Shown here: positions 27,311 through 37,008 of the stretch, piece by piece | How the letters are laid out: every line of letters begins with the position of its first letter | How positions within the stretch are numbered: the first letter of the stretch is position 1 | Origin: an uncultured Haloferula sp. | GTDB taxonomy: Bacteria > Verrucomicrobiota > Verrucomicrobiia > Verrucomicrobiales > Akkermansiaceae | DNA: 64,000 nucleotides | Assembly: GCA_965652295.1 (NCBI GenBank) | Contig: CBFGTS010000001.1 | Coordinates: forward strand, 1 to 64,000 | Direction of reading: 5' to 3' | Program-made: the position numbers and the translations under genes | The notes under the pieces: generated by a model | Database searches by the model: none | What the model was told of the DNA's origin: nothing | What the model saw: the letters and a program-made list of their open reading frames with translations, nothing else

Positions 27311-30300
27311 ATGAGTAACCCACTTTTGGGGGCGACACGTATGTCGCTCCTTCAATCCGCTGTGTCCACGCGTTACGTCGCCGGATGCCTCGCCCTCGCC
27401 GTCACGGCTCCGTGCGCGCTGGCCGTCGAGAACCTCTGGACCGGTGCGACCAGCAACAGCTGGAACGAGCCGACCAACTGGTCCCTGAACCGAGTGCCTT
27501 CGGCTGCCAACGGGCAGCCGACAGGCGATACATTTGATGACGCCAATGTCAGCTCCCTCACCAATTTCCCGGTGTTGACCGGGAATCCCGTGGTTTCACC
27601 GCGGGACCTGATCATTGCCAAAGGAGGTGGTGCCAACGGCCGCCTCGATCAACGGGCGGGCATTTTCCCGTTCACCGGCGGGTGGCTCTTCGTGGGTGAC
27701 GCGGGCGGAACCGGGGAGTGGAACATTGCCGATACCGCCGCCGCGGGCACGGGAATCACGGGCTTCGGACAAGGTTCGGCTTCCGTCACGGGTGCGGGCC
27801 GGCTGTACGTCGGCCGCGGTGCGGGCAGTGACGGCACCTTCCGATTGAATACCTCCGGATCGGTCACGATCGGCGATCAGCTCCAAGTGGGCATCGGTGG
27901 CGGCACGGGCACGCTTCTCATCGAATCGGGTGCTATCAACTCGCAAAACTGGACCGAGGTGGGAAATGGAACCGGGTCCATGGGAACCCTGCAGATGACC
28001 GGCGGGTCGCTCAACAAGACCGGCAATGACGGGATCTCCATCGGCACCAACGGAGGTGTGGGCGTCGCCACGATCGATGGAGGTGCCATGACTTCGAACA
28101 ACGGCATCCGGGTGGGGGTCAACGCGAACTCGGATGGCACCCTCCACCTCAATGGCGGAAGCACGGTCTCCGGCGGGAATACGGTGGTAGGCCTCGATGG
28201 CGGGACGGGAGAGTTGAACGTGACCGATGGTCTCGTCGATGTGGGCAACGAAACCTGGTTGGGCCAGGCCGCCAACTCGGTGGGCGTTCTCAACCTCGGC
28301 GGCGGGGAGATCCTTTCCTCCAGCTGGGTGGCGATCGGCCGCGACTCCGGGACGGGGACCGTCAACATGACCGGCGGCACCTGGACCCAGGAAGACAATG
28401 GCGATGCCTCCTTTATCGTGGGTGCCAGCGGTCCTGGAACCTTCAATCACAGCGGAGGTGATGTGAATCTGTTGGCGACCCGCATGTGGATCGGTGAGAA
28501 CGGCGGAGCGACCTACAACCTGAGCGGCACCGGAGCGATCACGGCACCGGAAGGCGTGCAAGTGGCGCGCGGGGCCTCCTCCACCTCGACTCTCAACCTC
28601 CAGGGCGGCACGCTCAACACCAACTGGATCAATGGCGGAGCTGGCAACAGCACCGTGAACTTCGACGGCACGCAGATCAACCTGACCGCCAGCGACGCCT
28701 CGTTCCTCACCGGCTTCGATACCGCCACGATCGGCGGCAACGACCTTCTGGTGAACACCGTCGGCTTCAGCTCCACCGGTGACCAGATCCTCGGAGGGAG
28801 CGGCGGCATCGTGAAGTCGGGGGAAGGCTCCCTTGCGCTTCTCGGCGCGCACACCTACGCCGGCACCACCACGGTCCAGGAGGGGATGCTGACCCTGTCC
28901 ACGGATTCGACGAACACCAACGACGTGGTCGTGGAGGACGGCGGATCCCTCGGAGTGACGGAAGGAGTGCTGGGGAGCCAGCTCAGTCCTGCGAATCTCT
29001 CGTTCGGCGGGCCTTCCACGCTCAATGTCAATTTCACGGATCTGGGAGGGGTGATTCAGACGGTCCCTCCGATCGACGTGACCGGCACGCTCACGCGGAC
29101 TGGTGACATCGTCGTGAACGTCAACGACGTGGAATCGGAGGTCGGCACCTTGCCGTTGCTTTCCTACGCGAGTTCTTCGGGCACCGGCAGCTTCCAGCTT
29201 GGTTCCTTGCCTGAGTTCGTTTCCGCCACGCTGAACGACAACGGTTCGCTGGTGTCCCTCGACGTCACTTCCACCGCTCCGCTCGTGTGGAACGGGCTGG
29301 ACGACGGAAACTGGAACTTCACTTCCACCGACTGGGACGACCAGGCGACCAACACCAACGACGTCATGTTTGAAAACGGGCGTTGGGTGCTGTTCGACTT
29401 CGGCACTGAAGATGTGAATCTGACCACCACGGTCGAGCCCTTCGGCACCGTCTTCGATAACCCGGATGGCTTTCCGTTCACGGTCAGCGGAACCGGCGCG
29501 ATCGCTGGCGATGGCGTGCTGACCAAGCGCGGTGACGGTTCGACCACCATCACCACCTCGAATACCTTCACGGGATCCACCCTGCTGGAAGCAGGAACTC
29601 TCTCGGTGCCGGCGCTCGCCGATGGCGGCGTCGCCAGTCCGATCGGGGCGTCCTCGGCGGATCCGTCCAACCTCGTCTTCAGCGGCGGCACGCTCTACTA
29701 CACGGGGCCTGCGACGACGATCGACCGCGGGTTCCTGACGACCGGCCCGGGTGGCGGCATCGGTACGGACAATGCCCTGACCCTCACCGGCCCGGCGACC
29801 TCCAACGGCGAAGGAAACTTCGTCAAGTCCGGCCCGGGCAATCTGATCCTCACCCACGACGGCACCAACGTCTTCGGTGACGCCGGTCTGGCAGGAGTCA
29901 GTGTGCTCAACGGCACCCTCACGCTCGATGGAACAGGCGGCACCCAGAACAATGACATCACGGGCGAGCTCCGCGTCGGGTCCGATCCCGGCGTATCGGC
30001 TCACGCGGTCTTCGAGAACACCTCCGTTGCGGTTTCCGCCTACCTCACGGTGGGCCGGGGAAATGGAACGGGGGCGACGAGCACGCTCACGGCGACCGAT
30101 TCGACCATCACGACCGGTGCCTTCAGCTCCGGCTACAACGCCGATCTCCCGGAGAACGACAGCGATCAGGTGATCAATCTGATCGATACCAACTGGACGT
30201 CCAACGGGCGGATCCTTCTGGGCGAGAGCGTGGATTCCAACTCGGTGCTCACCCTGACCGGCACTTCGACCGTGAATAAACCCGGCGAGTATTTCTCGAT

Positions 30301-32002
30301 CGGCGTCAACGGCACGGCCACCCTGAACCTCCAGGACGACTCCGCGTTCACGGCAGCGGGCGACTTCAATGTCAGCGACGTCGGCACCTCGACGGGCACG
30401 CTCAACATCGAGGACAACGCCACGCTCACGTCGACCGGAGTCTTCTTTGTCGGCAAAAACACCGGAACCACGGGCAACCTCAACATCAGTGGCGGCACGA
30501 TCGATGCCGGTCTCGCCACCTTCGCCTCCGGTGCCGGTTCGACCGCCAACGTCGTCCAGACGGCCGGCGTCGTGAACATGGGCAACGACGAGCGCATCTG
30601 GTTCGGTAACGGCGGCACCGCCACCTGGGACCAGAGCGGCGGGGAAACCAACGTCACCGGTTTCCAGGCGATCGGACGGAATGCGGGTTCGAACGCCATC
30701 TGGACGGTCTCCGGCGGCACGCTGAACCAGCTTTCCGCCGGCAGCTCGATGATCATCGGTGAATCCGGATCAGGGACGCTCACGGTTTCCGGCACGGGCG
30801 TCGTCGATTCCCAAGGCTACCAGATCGAGATGGCCACCCGCGACGGCGGCACCGGCGCGCTCAACCTGAATTCCGGCGGCACGCTGCGCGCCCTCCAAAT
30901 CCAGGACATCAGCACCGGGGTCAGCACCATCAATTTCGACGGCGGAACGCTCGTGGCCAATGCCGGAGCCAACCTCGCCTTCATTGATGGCATCGACACC
31001 ACCAACGTGATGGACGGCGGCGTCACCATCGATACCAATTCCCAAACCGTGGGAATCGGCGTGGCGATGCTCGATGGCGACGGACTGGGCGGCGGTCTCA
31101 CCAAGACCGGCGACGGTTTCCTCCAGCTCAATGGAGCCAACCTCTATACCGGCACCACCACGGTCTCCGCAGGATCCGTGGGCGGCACCGGTTCGGTCGC
31201 GGGTCCCTTGGTGGTTGAAGCCACCGGAACACTCGCACCGGGGACTTCGGCAGGCACCTTCACGGCAGGCGATACGACCATCTCCGGTTCCTACGCCTAC
31301 GAGATCGATGGTGCTGCAGGGGACACCCTGGTGGTCAATGGCAATCTCTCCCTCACCGGGGCGACGCTTGCGATCACCGAGCTCAACCCGGGAACCGCTG
31401 GCAGCTACGTCGTGGCCCAGTATTCCGGGAGCCTGACCGGCACCTTCGCCGTCACCGGCTTGCCCGGCGGCTGGTCGATCGATTACGGAACCGGAACCAA
31501 CTCCCAGATCACCCTGATCAATCCGGGCGGAGGCGATCCCTTCACGGATTGGATCGCCGGGTTCTTCCCGGGCGAAACCGATCCCGCCATTGTGGGTGCC
31601 GGAGCCGATCCGGATGCCGACGGCCAGTCGAATCTGGTCGAATTCGCCCTCGGCGGCTCTCCCGATGATGGTGGCGACAACGCCAAGGTGCATGTCATCA
31701 AGGAAGACAGCGATGCCGATGGCGACACCACCGACGAGCTGTTGATGACCATCGCGGTCCGCTCTGGAACGCCTGCGTTTGCGGGAAGCCCTTCGCCGTC
31801 CGCCACTCAGGAAGGCGTGGTCTATACCGTGGAAGGCAGCCTCGACCTGGCCACCTTCGGAGAAACGGTGGATCCGGCTGGCGCGGTCACCACCGATCTG
31901 CCCACGGCTCCGGATGGCTACGAATACCGCACTTTCAGCCTCAACGGCTCCAACGGTCTCCCGGACCGCGGATTCCTGCGGGTGGAAGTGACCGAGGATT
32001 GA
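27311..32002 (+). CDS. Large secreted autotransporter-associated beta-strand repeat protein (1563 aa) without a beta-barrel; verrucomicrobial C-terminal domain
   Basis: GGIVKSGEGSLALLGAHTYAGTTTVQEGML, LTKRGDGSTTITTSNTFTGSTLLEAGTL and LTKTGDGFLQLNGANLYTGTTTVSAG repeats; ends DPDADGQSNLVEFALGGSP...YTVEGSLDL...RGFLRVEVTED. Alternative start at 27341. Confidence 0.88.
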   Translation: MSNPLLGATRMSLLQSAVSTRYVAGCLALAVTAPCALAVENLWTGATSNSWNEPTNWSLNRVPSAANGQPTGDTFDDANVSSLTNFPVLTGNPVVSPRDLIIAKGGGANGRLDQRAGIFPFTGGWLFVGDAGGTGEWNIADTAAAGTGITGFGQGSASVTGAGRLYVGRGAGSDGTFRLNTSGSVTIGDQLQVGIGGGTGTLLIESGAINSQNWTEVGNGTGSMGTLQMTGGSLNKTGNDGISIGTNGGVGVATIDGGAMTSNNGIRVGVNANSDGTLHLNGGSTVSGGNTVVGLDGGTGELNVTDGLVDVGNETWLGQAANSVGVLNLGGGEILSSSWVAIGRDSGTGTVNMTGGTWTQEDNGDASFIVGASGPGTFNHSGGDVNLLATRMWIGENGGATYNLSGTGAITAPEGVQVARGASSTSTLNLQGGTLNTNWINGGAGNSTVNFDGTQINLTASDASFLTGFDTATIGGNDLLVNTVGFSSTGDQILGGSGGIVKSGEGSLALLGAHTYAGTTTVQEGMLTLSTDSTNTNDVVVEDGGSLGVTEGVLGSQLSPANLSFGGPSTLNVNFTDLGGVIQTVPPIDVTGTLTRTGDIVVNVNDVESEVGTLPLLSYASSSGTGSFQLGSLPEFVSATLNDNGSLVSLDVTSTAPLVWNGLDDGNWNFTSTDWDDQATNTNDVMFENGRWVLFDFGTEDVNLTTTVEPFGTVFDNPDGFPFTVSGTGAIAGDGVLTKRGDGSTTITTSNTFTGSTLLEAGTLSVPALADGGVASPIGASSADPSNLVFSGGTLYYTGPATTIDRGFLTTGPGGGIGTDNALTLTGPATSNGEGNFVKSGPGNLILTHDGTNVFGDAGLAGVSVLNGTLTLDGTGGTQNNDITGELRVGSDPGVSAHAVFENTSVAVSAYLTVGRGNGTGATSTLTATDSTITTGAFSSGYNADLPENDSDQVINLIDTNWTSNGRILLGESVDSNSVLTLTGTSTVNKPGEYFSIGVNGTATLNLQDDSAFTAAGDFNVSDVGTSTGTLNIEDNATLTSTGVFFVGKNTGTTGNLNISGGTIDAGLATFASGAGSTANVVQTAGVVNMGNDERIWFGNGGTATWDQSGGETNVTGFQAIGRNAGSNAIWTVSGGTLNQLSAGSSMIIGESGSGTLTVSGTGVVDSQGYQIEMATRDGGTGALNLNSGGTLRALQIQDISTGVSTINFDGGTLVANAGANLAFIDGIDTTNVMDGGVTIDTNSQTVGIGVAMLDGDGLGGGLTKTGDGFLQLNGANLYTGTTTVSAGSVGGTGSVAGPLVVEATGTLAPGTSAGTFTAGDTTISGSYAYEIDGAAGDTLVVNGNLSLTGATLAITELNPGTAGSYVVAQYSGSLTGTFAVTGLPGGWSIDYGTGTNSQITLINPGGGDPFTDWIAGFFPGETDPAIVGAGADPDADGQSNLVEFALGGSPDDGGDNAKVHVIKEDSDADGDTTDELLMTIAVRSGTPAFAGSPSPSATQEGVVYTVEGSLDLATFGETVDPAGAVTTDLPTAPDGYEYRTFSLNGSNGLPDRGFLRVEVTED

Positions 32003-32027
32003 CCGTTCCGGGTTGATCCTGACTCCG

Positions 32028-32061
32028 ACCCCGGCCGCTGTCGCGCGGCCGGGGTTTTTTT
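32028..32061 (+). terminator. Rho-independent terminator
   Basis: ACCCCGGCCGC-TGTCGC-GCGGCCGGGGT followed by a T run. Confidence 0.85.
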
Positions 32062-32570
32062 GTCAAAACGGCAGCCCGGAGCATGCCACGCATTTTCGCC
32101 GGTTCCCATAAACGGGGCTGGCCAGTAGGCCCGGATTTGGCTGAAGTCGGGTCGTCAACCCAAGACGCAAGCATGAAAGAAAAGGCACTCGCCCCGGACT
32201 CCGGAGCGCGCAGGGCTCTTCGCACGGCCACAGAGGCTGAAGGCGCAGCCTGGGCGCGAGCGGATCCTCCCACTCTAACCATCTCGAAGGCACCATCTCC
32301 TCCCGCGGATGGAGGAGGCGAGCCGTCTCCATCCCCCCATTGGGGGAGTCGCTGACGGCATTTCCCGCGGCGCTGCGACGATTTGCGCTGGAACCCCGCC
32401 CATCCTCGACTAAAGTCGCCTTACGAAAGGTTTCTTATCGGAATGACCGGTTCCGACGGAAACACCCGGTCCAGCCGGAAAATACTTCAACGACGGCTTC
32501 CCGCCGTGTGTTTACATTGCCAACTTTCTTTTGACTTGTATTGCGAATGTAGTTACAAGTCTCTCAGCCC

Positions 32571-35500
32571 ATGAAAAGCCAAGTTTCAAACCCACTCCGG
32601 AAAAGCCCCGACGGTTTTTCGCTGATCATCGTGATCGCCCTGATGGTTCTGCTGTCCTTGTTGGCGGTGGGGCTGCTCAGTCTTTCCTCCGTGACCCTAC
32701 GAGCCAGCCGCGGCGGCGAAGCCATGGCGGAAGCGCGTTCGAACGCGCGCATGGCCTTGATGGTCGCGATCGGCAACCTCCAGAAAGCGATGGGCCCGGA
32801 CCGCCGGGTTTCAGCGAATTCTTCCGCCATCAACGGCGAAGTCGGCGAGGTCAACACTCTCGGCGCCTGGGAAAGCTGGCATTGGAATCCGGAGGCTTCG
32901 GATTCCCCCGACTACGGCGAGAAGCAGGATGGCTTCGTCCGTTGGCTGTCTTCTTCCCTGAACGACGAGATGGCGACGAACGTCCGCACGCCCACCCAGG
33001 AGTACGAAGATCCGGTGTGGCTGCTGAATCCCGAGACCGTGGGCGTGACCTCCAGTGACTTGGGAAACACCCCTTCGCTGCGCGCGGAGCGTCAGCGCAT
33101 GGAGCTTTCCGATGACAAACGTGGCGGCTTGGCGTGGGCGGTGATGGATGAATCCCAGAAGGTCACCATCGGCCTTGAGGCGGAGGAAGACGACGACCTG
33201 GAGCGGGGAGAGAAGATCGCCCAGCGCGTGGCTCCCCAACGACCGGCTCCCGAGGTCTTCCTGAGCGGCTTGGAGAAGGCCATCGAGGACGATGAAGTCC
33301 GCAAGTTCGTGTCGCTCGACACCGCCTCGCTCGCCTTGGGAACCGGCACTGAAAAACGCGAAGTGCTCGGCCGTCAGCAATCGATCACAACGCAGTCGAT
33401 CGGTCTCCTGACGAACGTCGTTGACGGCGGCGTGAAATGGGACCTGACCGCCTTGATGGAAGGCGATCCGGAGGAAGAGCTGGGCCGCGAGACGCTTTAC
33501 TTCACCGCCGATGACGGAGCTCCGACTTGGGATTACGTGCAGGACCACTACGCGCTCCACGAGCGGGTGTCGAGTTCGGCCGGTGGCGTGCCGGGAGTGA
33601 CGCTAACCTCTGGCGAACTCCGTCCTCGCAGCCGGGGAATCGACGTGGCTCCGACGACCGAAACGCTGCTCCCGGTGATCGCCAAGATGCAGATCGTGTT
33701 TTCGATTGTGACCCACTACAACCACATTACGCCTCGGGTGAACTTCTTCAATACCCAAGGGTCTCCGCGTGGAAACACACAATACGGAGTGCCGCACTTG
33801 GTGTATGACCCTGTGGTCACGCTGTGGAACCCTTACGATGTGGCCTTGGAGTTGAATCAGCTTCGGGTGAGGATCTGGGATCCGCCGGTGCTCTTTGGAT
33901 TCAAGAAAAACAATGATTGGCTGCGTCAGGAATTCGGCTCCGGGGAATATCACGGCCTCGCGAGGTTCCAGATCGCCAATGAGCATAATAAGAACGCTCG
34001 TCGCTACTTCACCCTCATGCTTACCGATGCGCGCGGGGGCGGCAACGCACGGCCGGGCGAAGCCATCAAACTTCAGCCTGGCGAGGTCAAGGTGTTTTCC
34101 CCCTGGGTGGAACCCAATTGGACGTGGGGATTGGAGACGGGAGGTGGAGATTATAACCCACGCGTATTCTTCGATTGGAACGCCGACAACGACTTCGGCA
34201 ACGTGGACGGACGCGCGACCGCCTACAAGCGGACGTTCGGGGTGAGTTCGATCCCAGGTTGGGATCCACGGGCGGGTTTGCAAACCGACCACTTGTCGTA
34301 TAGCACCCGGCCCAGGGCCACGCGATATCCTTTCGAGATCGCGAACAACTGGGATGGCGGATGGTTGGCCATCATGTTGAATCACGAATTTTCCGTCTAC
34401 TGCCGACCCGGACGGGCGCTTCCGACCAGCGGTGCGGCAGCCAACGAGCCGGATTTCAAGGTCGATGTCCTCGCGGGGATCCGCGAACAGCCGGAGCGCG
34501 ATCTGATCCGGACCTATCAGTTCCGTTTCGACGATGTCCGCACCGAGATCGGTGGGGCTCTGGGCACCGATGAAATCGAGCGGACTTACCGGGTAGGCGA
34601 TCTGCTGCAGACGGCCTCAGACCGTACGGCAGGGGGTAAAACCCCCTTCGCGCTCTTTACCATGGGTGCCAAGACCACCAAGGATGTCCTGGACTATTCC
34701 AAGCCGTGGATGCACGCCCATCCGGTGGTTGAAGGTGTGGAGCAGGATACCCGCTACGTCGGGAATGCTCTGGATGCCTATGACGTGACGCTGCAGGAGA
34801 TGAGTGGTTTCACCGACTTCCCGACCGTGGAGGTGGAGCCGGACACCAACCGGGGCTTCCTCGGTGGGACCAGCTACTCGAACGGAGGTGTGTCCAACGT
34901 GCCGATGTTCCACATTCCCGCGATTCCTTCGGCGAGCCTTGGCGATTTGGTGAACGCCAACCTCGTGCCCTCTGGAGCGCTGCCGCGCGTGACTCACGCA
35001 TTCGGTAACTCCTACAGCCATCCGCTGATTTCCACCGACCGGGTGAGTGAGAGTAACCCCATCCGCGGAACCGTGGTGCGCTTCGGGAACCTTCTCGACC
35101 ACAGCTATCTTCTGAACGACGCCTTGTGGGATCGCTTCTACTTTTCGACGATCGGTGATTATCAGAATGAGATCATCGGCAGCGAGAACGCGGAGGATCT
35201 TCTTGAGGATTTCCTCGCTGAAAATCCACGTCAGCTCAATCGTCGCTTGGTTCCTCTCGTAAGCGGCTCCGCCGCCTCTGAAGCCGCTGCTGAAGTAGGC
35301 AACCTCCCCCCTGGAGAGCGGGCCCGCCGGATGGCCACGGTGATGGGTGTGGCCGGAGCCTTCAACGTCAACTCGGATTCCAAGGAAGCCTGGTGGGCCA
35401 TTCTGACCTCGCTTCGTGATCGGGAGGTCCTGGGCTGGGGCAACAGCGACCTCACCGCGGAAGACAAAACGGCCTATCCGAGGTCGTCGTTCCCGTTGGC

Positions 35501-36167
35501 CGGCGACCCTGAGGAAACGGACTCTGACACCTCGGTGGATGTGGCGGGTGCCAAACGTTGGGCGGGCTTCCGGGCCTTGACCGACGGTCAGTTGGAGGAC
35601 CTCGCTGAAGCCATTGTGGAAGCGATTCGCGAGCGCGGCGACACCGATCAAGCTCCCTTCTGTTCCCTCGGCGAATTTGTGAACCGGAGAATCGGTGGAA
35701 CCAGCGGCACCCATACCGTGAAGGGGCTGCTTCAGACGGCGATCGAGGAATCCGGCGTCAATGCCGACTACCATCGCCTTGATTCGAACGAGATCTCCGG
35801 TGGCACCTCGGAACTTCCCCGCAACGCGACCAATGGCGAACAGAACTCGGCGGCTCGCATGGGCTTTTCCGCCGAGGGGGCTCCTTCGGTGCTCAGCCAA
35901 GGCGACCTGATGACGGCCTTGGCTCCCGTGGCCACCGTGCGCGGTGATACCTTCCGTATCCGCGCCTACGGGGAATCCCGCGACAAAGCCGACCGGATCA
36001 TGGCGCAGGCCTATTGCGAAGCCGTGGTGCAGCGCGTTCCTGATTACGTCGATCCTGTCGATGAAGCGGATGTTCTACCGGACGATCTCTCGAGCGAGGT
36101 CAACGAGATCTTCGGTCGCCGCTTCCGTCTCACCGCCTTCCGCTGGCTTTCGCCCGACGAAATCTGA
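32571..36167 (+). CDS. Verru_Chthon cassette protein A-like large prepilin-type protein (1198 aa)
   Basis: Class III-like leader DG|FSLIIVIALMVLLSLLAVGLLSLS; ARSNARMALMVAIGNLQKAMGPDRRVSA; DHSYLLNDALWDRFYFS; GAFNVNS; FCSLGEFVNR; QGDLM..L..VRGDTFRIRAYGE; FGRRFRLTAFRWLSPDEI. Confidence 0.75.
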   Translation: MKSQVSNPLRKSPDGFSLIIVIALMVLLSLLAVGLLSLSSVTLRASRGGEAMAEARSNARMALMVAIGNLQKAMGPDRRVSANSSAINGEVGEVNTLGAWESWHWNPEASDSPDYGEKQDGFVRWLSSSLNDEMATNVRTPTQEYEDPVWLLNPETVGVTSSDLGNTPSLRAERQRMELSDDKRGGLAWAVMDESQKVTIGLEAEEDDDLERGEKIAQRVAPQRPAPEVFLSGLEKAIEDDEVRKFVSLDTASLALGTGTEKREVLGRQQSITTQSIGLLTNVVDGGVKWDLTALMEGDPEEELGRETLYFTADDGAPTWDYVQDHYALHERVSSSAGGVPGVTLTSGELRPRSRGIDVAPTTETLLPVIAKMQIVFSIVTHYNHITPRVNFFNTQGSPRGNTQYGVPHLVYDPVVTLWNPYDVALELNQLRVRIWDPPVLFGFKKNNDWLRQEFGSGEYHGLARFQIANEHNKNARRYFTLMLTDARGGGNARPGEAIKLQPGEVKVFSPWVEPNWTWGLETGGGDYNPRVFFDWNADNDFGNVDGRATAYKRTFGVSSIPGWDPRAGLQTDHLSYSTRPRATRYPFEIANNWDGGWLAIMLNHEFSVYCRPGRALPTSGAAANEPDFKVDVLAGIREQPERDLIRTYQFRFDDVRTEIGGALGTDEIERTYRVGDLLQTASDRTAGGKTPFALFTMGAKTTKDVLDYSKPWMHAHPVVEGVEQDTRYVGNALDAYDVTLQEMSGFTDFPTVEVEPDTNRGFLGGTSYSNGGVSNVPMFHIPAIPSASLGDLVNANLVPSGALPRVTHAFGNSYSHPLISTDRVSESNPIRGTVVRFGNLLDHSYLLNDALWDRFYFSTIGDYQNEIIGSENAEDLLEDFLAENPRQLNRRLVPLVSGSAASEAAAEVGNLPPGERARRMATVMGVAGAFNVNSDSKEAWWAILTSLRDREVLGWGNSDLTAEDKTAYPRSSFPLAGDPEETDSDTSVDVAGAKRWAGFRALTDGQLEDLAEAIVEAIRERGDTDQAPFCSLGEFVNRRIGGTSGTHTVKGLLQTAIEESGVNADYHRLDSNEISGGTSELPRNATNGEQNSAARMGFSAEGAPSVLSQGDLMTALAPVATVRGDTFRIRAYGESRDKADRIMAQAYCEAVVQRVPDYVDPVDEADVLPDDLSSEVNEIFGRRFRLTAFRWLSPDEI

Positions 36168-36181
36168 CCTAGACTTCATTC

Positions 36182-36937
36182 ATGACAAAAAATCCGTTTA
36201 GAAAGCTTTGTTGTTCTGTGGCTATCGCCGCGACCGCGTTGATTTCCGTCGGCAGCTTGTCGGCGCAGATCGAACAGGAAGAAAGTGGTATCCGCGTGCG
36301 GGCGCTCGCCTTCGTTCTGGGTGTTAAGGCTCCCAAAGAGGTCTACGCCTTCGATCCCGCGGGCGGGCAGGCCGGTGGAACCCGGATCCGGGTTAAAACC
36401 TTCCTGAACCACGAGGCGGATATGCTGCCGGATGGCACGCGGAATGTGATCCTGACGACAGACGCGGAGGCGGCAAGCACCCAGATCCCCGAAAAGATCG
36501 TGGCCAAAGCCACGCTGCCTGAGGGCATGAAATCGGTGATCCTTCTTTTCGTGCCCGGCTCGGGTAAACCCGGTGATCCGCCCTTCAGGCTTTTCCCTGT
36601 GGATGATACCCGGAAGGCTTTCCCTGAAGGTTCTCTCAAAGTCCTCAACATGAGCCCCACCGAAGTGGTGTTCCAGCTCGAGGACGAGAAGTTCTCCTTC
36701 AAGAGCGGCTCCACGCAGATCATCGAAGAAATGCCGGTCGGGGATGGCAACCTCACCGACATGCGCGCCTTCTGCCGCATCGGCCCGGGAAATGAGGCCA
36801 AGGATTGGAAGCGGATCGCCTCCGCCCAATGGGTGCCTCCCGGGAAGAAGAGGATTTTTCAGGTGCTTTTCCTGGATCCCATTTCCCAGGAAATCCGCCT
36901 ACGCGGGTTCACCGACATCGCGCAGATCGTCCGCTGA
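36182..36937 (+). CDS. Secreted hypothetical protein, companion of the upstream prepilin-type protein
   Basis: Signal peptide; starts 14 bp downstream of the previous stop and shares its terminator; DDTRKAFPEGSLKVLNMS motif. Confidence 0.75.
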   Translation: MTKNPFRKLCCSVAIAATALISVGSLSAQIEQEESGIRVRALAFVLGVKAPKEVYAFDPAGGQAGGTRIRVKTFLNHEADMLPDGTRNVILTTDAEAASTQIPEKIVAKATLPEGMKSVILLFVPGSGKPGDPPFRLFPVDDTRKAFPEGSLKVLNMSPTEVVFQLEDEKFSFKSGSTQIIEEMPVGDGNLTDMRAFCRIGPGNEAKDWKRIASAQWVPPGKKRIFQVLFLDPISQEIRLRGFTDIAQIVR

Positions 36938-36956
36938 GACCCTTGCTCCGACTCTT

Positions 36957-36994
36957 TCCCTCCCGTGGGTTTCCGCGGGAGGGATTTTTGCTTT
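36957..36994 (+). terminator. Rho-independent terminator
   Basis: TCCCTCCCGTGG-GTTT-CCGCGGGAGGGA followed by TTTTTGCTTT. Confidence 0.8.
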
Positions 36995-37008
36995 ATCGGA
37001 GGCCGTGA

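Noticed and set aside
27596..30004. Long antisense ORFs (also 526-2037, 9998-12100, 44575-46794, 59326-61602, 61551-63176)
   Set aside because: These are shadow frames of well-supported genes in high-GC DNA and carry no recognisable motifs.
27311..32002. Classical type V autotransporter
   Set aside because: There is no C-terminal beta-barrel or terminal aromatic residue; the protein ends in the shared FLRVEV domain.
32173..32355. 60-aa small ORF MKEKALAPDSG...
   Set aside because: It has no recognisable motif and overlaps the candidate operator region; there is not enough evidence to call it.
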